A stretch of DNA of 64,000 bases from Nitrososphaerales archaeon (GTDB lineage Archaea > Thermoproteota > Nitrososphaeria > Nitrososphaerales > UBA213): assembly GCA_965197925.1 (NCBI GenBank), contig CBDAOC010000019.1, positions 448,001 through 512,000 of the forward strand, in the 5' to 3' direction. The position numbers were made by a program, and so were the translations under genes. Shown here piece after piece: positions 54,230-64,000 of the stretch. The notes beneath the pieces were generated by a model. The model searched no databases. It was not told where the DNA came from and saw nothing but the letters and a program-made list of their open reading frames with translations. Positions within the stretch are counted from its first letter, which is position 1. Every line of letters begins with the position of its first letter.

Positions 54230-54263
54230 TTTCAGGTATAGGTAAATTTCAGGTATAGGTAAA
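54230..54263. repeat. 17-bp tandem direct repeat in the wHTH promoter region
   Basis: TTTCAGGTATAGGTAAA x2. Confidence 0.8.
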
Positions 54264-54617
54264 CAAATTTCCAGCGAAGTAGATTAATAAGTTCAAGTCT
54301 ATGCTTAACCCAATAAACCGTGGCGGTTATTCCATTGAGAAAATTGTAGAGAATATAAACAATAAGAATATACGATTAAGGGGAATCTTGAACCTAATTC
54401 AATACTTCTAAATAACGATGAATCCTAAACGATGAAGTACTAGAATTAAAGGTAAGAATGCAAGAGGTATTTCTCTTTTACTTCCTTAGACTATAACATT
54501 GTTCATTGATAAAGTGAAGATAGGTGATTTTATAATTAAAATTTAAAAAAATTATTCGCGGAAAAACTAAAGTTAAACCAAAGCTCTTATAACACTTCTC
54601 AAGAATAGATTTGTGAA

Positions 54618-56450
54618 ATGATAATCAAATTATTGATTCTTGCAATAATCATAATTCCATTGAGCCCAAGTCTTGTTCCAGTTTTTGCAAATCATATTGG
54701 TGGACATCCAAAGCTTGTTCCAACCAGTCTTGTATTAGATCAGCTTCCAGAATGTACGAATTCAGTTCAATGTAATGCAACATTATTAGTGGGTGATATT
54801 GTCACTTTTACTGGGACATTGACAGACAATCAAGGAGAATTTATTTCTGATGCACAAGTAAATATTTGAGGCTTGGGTATAATTTAGTTCGAAACGATAA
54901 GATCAGGTTCCAGTTTTTATTGTTAATGTGTTTAGCTTATACTCCATACTTCTTCGTATATTATTTTTGATTGACGTGATTCCTTGGACAAAACCTCTTA
55001 AGAAGAGAGGTAAACCCTACTACTATTCTCCTACAGTTATGGTGAGATGCTTCATCGTTAGAGTATGGGTAAGAATACCAAGCAACAATGCTTTGCATGA
55101 ATATTTTTCGATAGATATGCCATACAACAGGAAGGTAATGAAGGCATGTGGTCTTGATAGGTTGCCAGACAGAAGAACATTCGACAGAAGGTCAAGGCCG
55201 TATCAATTGACATAAGATCAAGGATAGGTGCTATGGGTATGCTCTTCATAAAAGATGGGTTGGTAGACCCAGCCATAATATCCGTTGACAGTTCATTGTT
55301 GAAAGCAAAGGGACATGTATGGCACAAATCTAGCATGAAGAAGAATGAAGTGCCACGCTCCGGTATAGATACAGATGCTCGATGGGGCTACAGCAGAACC
55401 AAGGGATGGGTATTCGGATACAAGATGCATCTAGCATGTAGCACAGGTTCGTTGATAGTTCCATTATCAGCTGATTTCACAACAGCTAACATTACTGATA
55501 ACAAGATGTATGAAAGCATAACATCTTCATTGCCTACAGGAATGGTAAGGTATGTTGTAGGAGATGAAGGATATGATGATCACAAGTTATGTGATTTCAG
55601 CAGGTATAGAGGGCATCTACTGGTATTCCCATTGGAAAGGTATAGGCATACTACAGATAATAATAGACTGGCATTGCTGCAGTTCTATAACTCTGAATTT
55701 GGACAGCATGTATATTCTCGGAGGAGCATAAGCGTTGAGCCATTGATAGAGCATATGAAGGATGTATTTACCATAGATCCATTGCCAGTTAGAGGATTTG
55801 ATAAGGTAAGGAGTATAGTATTGTTATCAGTATTGTTGTATCAGGTAATGGTTTACTACAACTACTTGACAGGAAGGCCTCTTAGGGCATTGAAGCACAT
55901 GTTGGGAAGCTAATAGTAATAATTTCAAAATAATATTATAATTGAATTATGCCCAAGTCTCAAATATTTACAGATTTACAGCCACATCTATGCAATTGCT
56001 AGCATCAACCATTACAGAACTCGATGGTACATTTAATACAACATGGACAACACAGTTTTTGGATAAGAACAGAGCAGGTGAAACCTTTGATCAACAGATC
56101 AGTGAGATTTTAATTTTATTTGCAAAGTTTGAAGGCGATAATAGATATGCAACTGCACAATCAGACAAGATGATGGTCACTATAAAAATAAAAGATATGA
56201 TCACAGTTGCTGCTACGGATAAGTTATTGTATCAAAGCGGAAACATTGCAATAATATTTGTCAATCTTATCGAGATGGATGATAGTAGTGAGAAAATACG
56301 ATATGGCAATTTTGTCGAGCCAGATAACATGAGAGTTACTTACGATAACGAAACGGTACACCTTTCAAAGAAGAAGCTAGGCTCATATATACCTTTATTA
56401 CTCCACCATTGACTGTAGGGCATCATCAATTAGTGATCAATCCTCTAAGG
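54618..56450 (+). pseudogene. Secreted/surface protein gene interrupted by a family A IS
   Basis: Signal peptide and VTFTGTL; DAQVNI joins YRFTATS in frame once the IS and one target copy are removed. Confidence 0.85.
54868..55961 (+). mobile_element. Family A IS, best-preserved copy, 8-bp target duplication
   Basis: TIR GAGGCTTGGGTATAATT / AATTATGCCCAAGTCTC; AAATATTT at 54860-54867 and 55962-55969; one frameshift near 55190. Confidence 0.94.
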
Positions 56451-57081
56451 GAGGGCTATAACAGCAGCCTCGGATTTATTACTGTACAGGTATCTGGATT
56501 CTTTGGAAAATAACATTGATACAATCTTTACGACCATTAATTTATACCGAATTAAATAGTTAGCATAAAGGAAAAGGGGTATCAAGTTTATTCGAGCCCC
56601 AGAATTAAATTGATTGTCATAAATTGACCAAGATTCAAGCTGCTTCCTTTTTATCCTCAATAGGAAAGCTTGAAAAATGCTTCTTCAGTGCTATCTATGG
56701 CCTACACATCTGAATTATTCTAAGAACCCAATCTTCAGAAGCAATCTAACCTGTTATTTCTACAAACTCTCTTAAGCTTCGATATTGTATCCAAATCTTA
56801 TTAGGGAACTAAAAGATCCATGATCTGCATTTTAATTGAATTCATGATAAGGTAACTTTGATTCTTTTTTATTACAGATTCTACATTGATATAGTTACGG
56901 AACCAACAATTACAATATGACCATGCGCTCAACCTATACCTTGCCAACCTATTCTCTTCTGTAAGAATTCCTAGGAATTTTTTTCTGCCGACCATTCTAC
57001 AAAACTGACTTGTTCCTATTATCCCCTTCAGGCATAATTATTCATGTACAATTACTAGTCGATGAAATCTGTGGGATATAT

Positions 57082-58032
57082 TCATCGCTTATTCTCTTTT
57101 ATCAATTCTTTGATTGTACGCACTATGTTATCTGCCTTCAGACCATACTTGGACAACAGCTGATCATGCTCGCCTGATTCTCCAAATGTATCCCTGACCC
57201 CAATTCTCCTTATTGGTGTAGGCAAGCTCTCACCAAGAACTTCGGCTACCGCTGATCCTAACCCACCATAAATATTATGCTCCTCTGTAGTAACTATAAA
57301 ACCAGTATCCCTTGCCGCTTTCAATATGTAAGAATTTTCAACTGGTTTTATTGTAAACATGTCAATTACCCTACAAGAAATTCCATTTTCTTTTAATAAG
57401 TCTGATGCTTCCATCGCTTCAGCTACCATTAGTCCACATGCAATTACTGTTACATCGCTTCCATCTCTTAAAGTATTACTCTTTCCAAGTTTTAGATCTA
57501 TTTTTTCCTTTTCATAAATGAGAGGAGACTTGGGTCTTGCCAAGCGCATATACACTGGGCCGTTCATTTCTGCAATGAGATGAACTAATTCCCTAGTAGC
57601 TATCTCATCCGAAGGTACAATCACCCCCATATTTGGTATTGCTCTCATTATTGCAATGTCTTCTATCTGTTGATGTGACCCCCCATCTGGACCAACGCTC
57701 AGACCCGCATGGGATACAACAATTTTCACATTAATCTGCTCGTAGGCTACAGTGTTTCTTATCTGATCAACACACTTCCCTGGGATAAAAGCTGCATAAG
57801 TGCTTGCAAAAGGCACTTTCCCTGAAAGTGCTAATCCTGCAGCTACGGAGACAATATTTGATTCTGCTATACCCACATTGAAAAACCTCTCAGGATACTT
57901 ACTGCCAAACAAATCAGTCTTCACCGATTGAGTAGTATCACCTCCAACAACAACCACATTTCTTTTTGCCGCACCAATTTCTACAAGGGCTTCACTATAT
58001 CCAGTACGCATATCACCCATGGGTATTGCCAA
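57082..58032 (-). CDS. Transketolase, C-terminal subunit
   Basis: NVGIAE, GPDGGSHQ, YMRL, EEH...GGLGS. Confidence 0.94.
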   Translation of the reverse strand: MAIPMGDMRTGYSEALVEIGAAKRNVVVVGGDTTQSVKTDLFGSKYPERFFNVGIAESNIVSVAAGLALSGKVPFASTYAAFIPGKCVDQIRNTVAYEQINVKIVVSHAGLSVGPDGGSHQQIEDIAIMRAIPNMGVIVPSDEIATRELVHLIAEMNGPVYMRLARPKSPLIYEKEKIDLKLGKSNTLRDGSDVTVIACGLMVAEAMEASDLLKENGISCRVIDMFTIKPVENSYILKAARDTGFIVTTEEHNIYGGLGSAVAEVLGESLPTPIRRIGVRDTFGESGEHDQLLSKYGLKADNIVRTIKELIKENKR

Positions 58033-58038
58033 TTTTTG

Positions 58039-58722
58039 TCAGAACTCCTTGATTGCAGGAAATGCCTTTTCCTTTAATTCTTTAATTGCCATTTGTACAT
58101 CAGACTGACCACAAACTGCGTTACCAGCGACAAGTATTCTTGTGCCTGCCCGAACTAAATCATATACATTTGAGGTATCGACCCCGCCATCTGCTTCAAT
58201 TTCTGTAGAAGCATTACTCTCACGAATGATTTGATCTATCTTATTAATTTTGGGAAGAATTTCTGTCATAAATTTCTGACCAGAGAATCCTGGCTGTACA
58301 GACATCACATTGAGCAAAAAAAGAGAACCCAAATTGTTGACAACCCACTTTGGAATTTCAGTCTCAGGCTTAATTGCTATCCCAGTCTTTACTCCATTTT
58401 CATCCAACCTTTTTATAATCTTAGCAAAAGTTTGTTCTGTGCATACCTCTACATGTACCGAAATGATATCACAGCCAGCATCTATGAAACTATCAAGATA
58501 TCGCAAAGGATCAGATATCATCAGGTGTGCATCAAATGGTAATTTGCTATACTTACGCAGTGCCTTAATAGTTCCAGGACCGAAGGTGATGTTCGGCGCA
58601 AATTGTCCATCTATTACATCCAAATGTACAACATCTGCACCCCCAATTTCTACCCTTTCAACCTCCTTGCGAAGCTCACCAAGATCTCCTGCAAGAACAG
58701 AAGGTGCAATTTTTATTGTCAT
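58039..58722 (-). CDS. rpe: Ribulose-phosphate 3-epimerase
   Basis: IAPSVL, HLDVIDG.FAPN, DAHLM, MSVQPGFSGQ, DGGV. Confidence 0.96.
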   Translation of the reverse strand: MTIKIAPSVLAGDLGELRKEVERVEIGGADVVHLDVIDGQFAPNITFGPGTIKALRKYSKLPFDAHLMISDPLRYLDSFIDAGCDIISVHVEVCTEQTFAKIIKRLDENGVKTGIAIKPETEIPKWVVNNLGSLFLLNVMSVQPGFSGQKFMTEILPKINKIDQIIRESNASTEIEADGGVDTSNVYDLVRAGTRILVAGNAVCGQSDVQMAIKELKEKAFPAIKEF

Positions 58723-59540
58723 AAACCCAATTCTTCCTTGAATATCTTATCCAATGATTCCTTCTTTGGGGCCTTTCCATGCCACTCCGGAGACCACTCC
58801 ATGAATGACACACCCTTACCCTTGGTTGTATGTGCAATGATCACCGTTGGTCTGTTGATAGTGTTCTCTGCTTTCTCAATTGCATTGATTATCTGCTCAA
58901 AGTTGTATCCATCGATCTGTAAAACATTCCAATTAAATGCCTTCCATTTCGCAGCCAGTGGTTCCAATGGCATTATCTGCTCTGTTAAACCATCTTGCTG
59001 TATACCGTTCCTATCTATAATTGCAGTAAGATTTTCTAGTCTATATTTTGCCGCAGTCAAAGCGGCCTCCCAAACCTGCCCTTCCTGTAATTCACCGTCA
59101 CCCATAAGCGTGTATATTCTATGACTCTTATTATCCAATCTTGCTGCAAGAGCCATTCCCACCGCAACAGACAACCCGATTCCCAAAGAGCCACCAGGGT
59201 ATTCTACCCCCGGTGTTTTAAAATCAGGATGTCCCTGTAACCTGCTATTGATTTTTCTGAACGTCTTAAGCTCTTCCAAGGGAAAATAACCGGCCTGTGC
59301 AAGTATTGAAAACAATAATGGAGATGCATGTCCTTTGGATAGTATAAATCTGTCCCTGTCATCCCAGAAAGGATTTTTAGGATCATGCTTCATTTTGTAA
59401 AAATAAAGTGAGACAAGTATTTCTACTGCAGACAAAGAACCGCCTGGATGACCCGAACCCGCTTCTGCAACAGTCTCCAAGATCAGTTTTCTTGTATTCT
59501 TTGATATTTCTCTCAATTTAATTATATCTTGGCTCTCCAT
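58719..59540 (-). CDS. Transketolase, N-terminal (ThDP-binding) subunit
   Basis: GHPGGSLS, DRFILSKGH, LQGHP, GDGELQEG. Confidence 0.95.
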   Translation of the reverse strand: MESQDIIKLREISKNTRKLILETVAEAGSGHPGGSLSAVEILVSLYFYKMKHDPKNPFWDDRDRFILSKGHASPLLFSILAQAGYFPLEELKTFRKINSRLQGHPDFKTPGVEYPGGSLGIGLSVAVGMALAARLDNKSHRIYTLMGDGELQEGQVWEAALTAAKYRLENLTAIIDRNGIQQDGLTEQIMPLEPLAAKWKAFNWNVLQIDGYNFEQIINAIEKAENTINRPTVIIAHTTKGKGVSFMEWSPEWHGKAPKKESLDKIFKEELGL

Positions 59541-59545
59541 TGAAA

Positions 59546-60586
59546 TTACCTGTGCAATGGCACCTGCGTCACATTTTGTTCAAGAATTTTATCATCATAA
59601 AGATAATCATCAAAGAGTTTAGTTGAAAGAACAAGAGTTCTTGCCCCCGCATTACTTATCGCAGCAGCGATATTACTTAGGATAGATGCTTCAAGTACGT
59701 TGGCATCTTTGGTTATTGACAAAGTAAGTATAGCCATCATCCCATCCCTTATGCCTATAGCCCTTCTGAACTCCTTGGACGGTTTCAGCGAGAGTATCTG
59801 AATCATATTATTACCCTCAAATACGGTAATTCCTTTTGCTCCACTTGTTAAAATAAGCGATTTGCATTCGATCTTTGTCATTAGATTAATTCCGATGTTA
59901 TGTAGGCTTGATTCATTTAAAATCGATATACCAGTGGCCCTGCTAGCTTCCTTAATATTTGATTTTACACATGTAAAACCTATAAAGTCCATATAGTGCT
60001 TGACTTTTGGCTGTCCCACTATAGGAATGTTCTGTTCCTCTGTAAAATTTACACAATGATTTGTCAATCTTGGTGTTATTGTTCCCTTGTCATAATCGGA
60101 AATAGCCACACAGTCAACCTTACCAAGATTTGAGTTAACCGCATTGATTAGTTCACCTGTAATATTTTTATCCACATCCCCCCTGACCTCTCTGTCAATC
60201 CTAAAATGCTGCCTGTCGTCAAGGAAGTACCTCCTCTTGAGGGTGGTCGCTCTAGAAGTAGTAACTATACCACTGGTATCTATGTTTTGATTTTTCAACA
60301 TTTTTTTCAGCCTTTCACCCTCATAATCATCGCCCACTATGCCAACGACAGATACACGCCCTCCTAAGGATGCAATATTGGCAGCAAGATTTGCTCCTCC
60401 AGCGGGATAGGAATTCTCTGCAGTAACGTCACTAACAGGAATAGGAGCTTCCCTAGAAAGTTTCTTGGCAATAGTTTCCACATAGTGATCTACCATCAAA
60501 TCACCTACCACCATAACCCTAATGCCTGAAATTCCCTTTAGTATCTCCTTTAATCTATCCTTGGAATTAAAGGCCACCTTAATCAC
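59546..60586 (-). CDS. HldE/RfaE-domain-I-like PfkB kinase
   Basis: VVGDLMVDHY...LSREAPIPV, GANLAAN, ISDYDKG. Confidence 0.82.
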   Translation of the reverse strand: MIKVAFNSKDRLKEILKGISGIRVMVVGDLMVDHYVETIAKKLSREAPIPVSDVTAENSYPAGGANLAANIASLGGRVSVVGIVGDDYEGERLKKMLKNQNIDTSGIVTTSRATTLKRRYFLDDRQHFRIDREVRGDVDKNITGELINAVNSNLGKVDCVAISDYDKGTITPRLTNHCVNFTEEQNIPIVGQPKVKHYMDFIGFTCVKSNIKEASRATGISILNESSLHNIGINLMTKIECKSLILTSGAKGITVFEGNNMIQILSLKPSKEFRRAIGIRDGMMAILTLSITKDANVLEASILSNIAAAISNAGARTLVLSTKLFDDYLYDDKILEQNVTQVPLHR

Positions 60587-60708
60587 TTGTAAAATAATGT
60601 CTCTTTATGCAAAATAAAAAGGTATTGCCATATTCTGATACATTCAAGAAATAATGGTTTCAACCAAGGTTTAAATGTACAGACCTCGATTTCTATTATA
60701 GGTATAAA

Positions 60709-61107
60709 ATGGTACTTCTAATATACGATAATAAATGTTATTTATGTGGAAAGTTTGCACGGACTGCAAGAAGGTTATCAAGAGAAAGTGTGGATATAGT
60801 TGGACATTACGATGAGCTAGGTATTTCTACAAAGAATAAGATTTTTCCTGGGGGATTTGATCCAAACACGATGTTCTGGATTGTTAAAGATGATCAGGCA
60901 TTTGGTGGTAGAGCAGGATTAATCCCTCTAGTAATCGAAATTATTAAGGATATATTCAGACCCTCAAGGAAAAACAATACATACAGAATAGAGATGAAAT
61001 GTTCCAATAAAGAATTATCATGTAACAAACCCACGGAATTCATAAGAAGAATATTAGGCCTAATGAAGAACGGAAAGAAAATTGAGATAGGAAAATTAAA
61101 GAAATAA
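60709..61107 (+). CDS. DCC-family (DxxCxxC) thiol-disulfide oxidoreductase-like protein
   Basis: N-terminal YDNKCYLC. Confidence 0.7.
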   Translation: MVLLIYDNKCYLCGKFARTARRLSRESVDIVGHYDELGISTKNKIFPGGFDPNTMFWIVKDDQAFGGRAGLIPLVIEIIKDIFRPSRKNNTYRIEMKCSNKELSCNKPTEFIRRILGLMKNGKKIEIGKLKK

Positions 61108-61684
61108 GTAACGTTTTGCTTTATCGAGATCTTTTCTACCTTTGCTTTAGTATTAGTATCTTCCCATGTATTTGATCCAATCCATTGGCACTCTGATAAG
61201 TCATATCTACAATGCCAACCTAGACAATATTGATATAATTAGTTTCGCCAGATGTAACTGGCCAGTAGATGCTCCTGTCTCTGTCACCATAATGTTATAC
61301 GTGTTTCTATCGTTGTTTGTTAATTCAAGCCTCAATATAGCGAATGGTCAAGATGTAAAATCAGGATTTGTCCTTTTTCCTGGATTAACCAACTTATCCC
61401 CCCCCATCTATCGTTTCTTTAGCCACACGAATTACTGATAGAGGGAGTGGTCTGGAGGTCATGCCTGCCCTCCGTAGAAAGTATTCCACCTGTAGTCGTA
61501 TATCAAGCTAGCATAGCTCCTATAGCGATTACCAGTGGTATTCCTGTCCCCATAATTCCCATACTAACTTTGTTCATAAAAAAATTTTAATTAATCAGTA
61601 TATTTAGTTATCCGTCTGATGTAGAGGACAATTGCAAGATACTAAAAATTCCATAATAAAAATTCGTGCGTCGTTTCAAAATAG

Positions 61685-61801
61685 GCACCGGCACCATCGC
61701 TTCCCGACTGCTCACGCAAGTCAGTATCACGATAGCGACGGCAGGTTTGACTTCTGGGATCGGACGAGACCAGGTCGGACCCTGCCGCTATGGCCGGCTG
61801 A
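61685..61801 (-). rRNA. rrf: 5S rRNA, stand-alone
   Basis: Minus strand CCGGCCATAGCGGCAGGG...CCGATCCCAGAAGTCAAACCTGCCGTCGC...GGGAAGCGATGGTGCCGG; helix I and the conserved loops present; ends approximate. Confidence 0.9.
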
Positions 61802-62001
61802 ATCAATTTCAGCATAGGGCTAAATTAATCTTTGCTACACAAAATTTGAAGCAAAATTTAAAGAGATGATTTGCGTCGTCTATGAGCTCAAATGGTTATT
61901 GCTTTACTCCATTGGTTAAAGGTAATTTTACGTAAGAAAAGAAGCATAATATCCATTTTCTAGATAGAGATATATGATATCAGTGGTATTGTATAAATAT
62001 T

Positions 62002-63792
62002 ATGAGTCATAGGGTGGCGGTAATAGACGAAGATCTATGCAAACCAAAAAAATGTAATCTTGAATGCATAAACTTCTGCCCGATCAATAAATCTGGTGCT
62101 AAATGTATCTTTCTAGGAGATAATAGTAATAACCAGATTGCGGTAATAGATGAAGATCTATGTAATGGTTGTGGCATCTGTGTCAGAAAATGTCCCTATG
62201 ATGCTATAACGGTAGTTAATCTATCCCATGAAATGAGTGAGTTGAAGGTACACCAATATGGAATAAATTCATTTCGTCTATACAAATTACCTACCCCAAA
62301 GAACGAATCCGTGGTTGGTCTACTTGGTAGAAATGGGATGGGTAAAACGACTATAGTTAATATATTGTCAGGGGTGTTGAAGCCCAACTTGGGGTTAGTT
62401 GAACATGATGCTAATATGGAAGATGTGCTGAAATTCTTTCACGGTACAGAACTAAAATCACATTTCGAAAGGATTTCTAATAATGATATCAAGGCATCAA
62501 TAAAGCCGCAGAAGGTGTATTTGATACCTAAGGTATTCACAGGCACTGCAAAGGAACTTCTTGATAAGCATGATGAAAGAAATACTATTGATGAATTGAC
62601 GGAAGAGCTCGAACTGAAGGATTCTCTTGAGAAATATGTGGGGGAGTTGAGTGGTGGTGAGTTGCAACGGCTATCAGTCGCTATTGCTGCAAATAAAGAG
62701 GCTGATTTTTACTTCTTTGACGAACCCTCATCATACAACGATGTTTACCAACGCTTATCGGTAGCAAGAGTGATACACGCATTGGCAAAACAGGGTAAAA
62801 GTGTTATGGTAGTTGAACATGATATTGCCCTTCTTGATTACCTTAGCGACTACGTTTACGTCCTGCATGGAGAACCGGGTGTGTATGGTATTGTTTCGGG
62901 TATGTTAAGCACTAAAACTGGAATAAACGTATTCTTAGATGGTTATCTACCAAATGTGAATGTAAGGTTTAGAGACAAGGCATTTAGGTTTGAAACTACG
63001 GCTGGAACATTAGATTTTATCCAAAACGAGCTTTTTGCCAAATATTCTGAATTGGAAAAACATTATACGACCTTCAAACTCAGAGTTGCTGCTGGTAAAA
63101 TAAGGAAAGGGGAAGTGATAGGAGTGGTAGGTGCAAATGCTCTGGGCAAGACAACTATGATGAAGATGTTAGCAGGTGTTGAAAAGCCCGATGAGGGGAA
63201 GGTAGAGGTGACAGCTAAGATATCTTACAAACCACAATATCTGAGCCAAGAGTATGAAGGGAATGTTAGATCATTATTTCATACTACATATGGAAGACCG
63301 GTAGAAGGCACAAGTATCGAGGACCAAATACTCCGTCATATGGGAGTCAACAAGTTGTATGACAAGATGGTCATAAACCTAAGCGGTGGAGAGCTTCAGA
63401 AGGTCGCAGTGGTAGAATCCATACTTAGGGAAGCAGACATCTATGCATTTGATGAACCCTCTGCATTCCTTGATGTAGAAGATAGGATTGTACTTGCAAA
63501 GCTTTTACAACGGTTCGTCAGGGGGCAGGGTAAATCTGCAATAATAATAGACCATGATCTCCAATTAATTGACCTAGTATCTGATACTCTCATAGTATTC
63601 TCAGGCATTTCTAGTATTGAAGGCCATTCAACTGAAACAGTTCCTAAGGCGCAAGGAATGAATTTATTTCTGCAGGGACTAGGCTTAACTTATAGAAGAG
63701 ATCCTGATAATAACAGACCTAGGGTAAATAAGATTGACAGCAGACTAGACAAGATTCAAAAAGAATCTGTGAATTATTATTTAACAAAATAA
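62002..63792 (+). CDS. Ribosome recycling ATPase ABCE1/Rli1
   Basis: N-terminal 2x[4Fe-4S] Cys motifs, two ABC domains with LSGGELQ and DEPS. Confidence 0.96.
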   Translation: MSHRVAVIDEDLCKPKKCNLECINFCPINKSGAKCIFLGDNSNNQIAVIDEDLCNGCGICVRKCPYDAITVVNLSHEMSELKVHQYGINSFRLYKLPTPKNESVVGLLGRNGMGKTTIVNILSGVLKPNLGLVEHDANMEDVLKFFHGTELKSHFERISNNDIKASIKPQKVYLIPKVFTGTAKELLDKHDERNTIDELTEELELKDSLEKYVGELSGGELQRLSVAIAANKEADFYFFDEPSSYNDVYQRLSVARVIHALAKQGKSVMVVEHDIALLDYLSDYVYVLHGEPGVYGIVSGMLSTKTGINVFLDGYLPNVNVRFRDKAFRFETTAGTLDFIQNELFAKYSELEKHYTTFKLRVAAGKIRKGEVIGVVGANALGKTTMMKMLAGVEKPDEGKVEVTAKISYKPQYLSQEYEGNVRSLFHTTYGRPVEGTSIEDQILRHMGVNKLYDKMVINLSGGELQKVAVVESILREADIYAFDEPSAFLDVEDRIVLAKLLQRFVRGQGKSAIIIDHDLQLIDLVSDTLIVFSGISSIEGHSTETVPKAQGMNLFLQGLGLTYRRDPDNNRPRVNKIDSRLDKIQKESVNYYLTK

Positions 63793-63793
63793 A

Positions 63794-64000
63794 ATGACAA
63801 AGATGTTGAAAGAGGCATTGCGCGGACTGCTTTCGGAGCAGGAAATAAACGAAGTTTATTCTGCATTTGACATTATAGGTGATATTATTGTGATCAAAAT
63901 ACCCGAAAGCATTATTGATAAAAAACATCTAATTGGGGAGACATTAGTTGCAAAATTGAAACCCATTAAATCTGTTTTGATGCAATCATCACCAATACGT
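63794..64000 (+). CDS. Trm5/Taw2 (Met-10+-like) tRNA-modifying SAM enzyme, 5' part
   Basis: MTKMLKEAL...SAFDIIGDIIVIKIP; runs off the window. Confidence 0.7.
   Translation, partial: MTKMLKEALRGLLSEQEINEVYSAFDIIGDIIVIKIPESIIDKKHLIGETLVAKLKPIKSVLMQSSPIR

Noticed and set aside
61104..61577. Possible minus-strand membrane protein gene
   Set aside because: Frame from ATG 61577 stops after 24 codons; likely a decayed gene, but not identifiable
61632..61869. Two short plus-strand ORFs
   Set aside because: Antisense to the 5S rRNA gene

Overview
AT-rich archaeal chromosome segment, most likely Nitrososphaerota/Thaumarchaeota (rps26e, archaeal-type thrS, rpl30e-nusA-rps12-rps7, ABCE1, stand-alone 5S rRNA, ThiS-ThiF fusion). 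Housekeeping blocks (pyrG/nadK/thrS, trpEGDC, hisI/thrC, uppS, pckA, str locus, split transketolase plus rpe) are separated by many mostly decayed IS elements and pseudogenes. The most notable items: (1) a 2.27-kb element bounded by perfect 26-bp terminal inverted repeats (41032-43296). It has no transposase and carries three micro-ORFs plus a DNA methyltransferase-HNH fusion whose reading frame depends on a 30 x 13-bp tandem repeat right after the start codon, a candidate mobile phase-variable R-M/epigenetic switch. (2) A tRNA-Gln(CTG) gene split by three BHB-type introns (47062-47194). (3) A decayed virus/plasmid-like integrated element (about 8.4-12.6 kb) with a wHTH-tyrosine-recombinase-like gene, a frameshifted P-loop ATPase, a hairpin-rich putative origin, and two divergent paralogous RHH-like regulators sharing a 21-bp inverted-repeat operator around a TATA box. 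All calls are made by eye from sequence motifs; no database searches were run.
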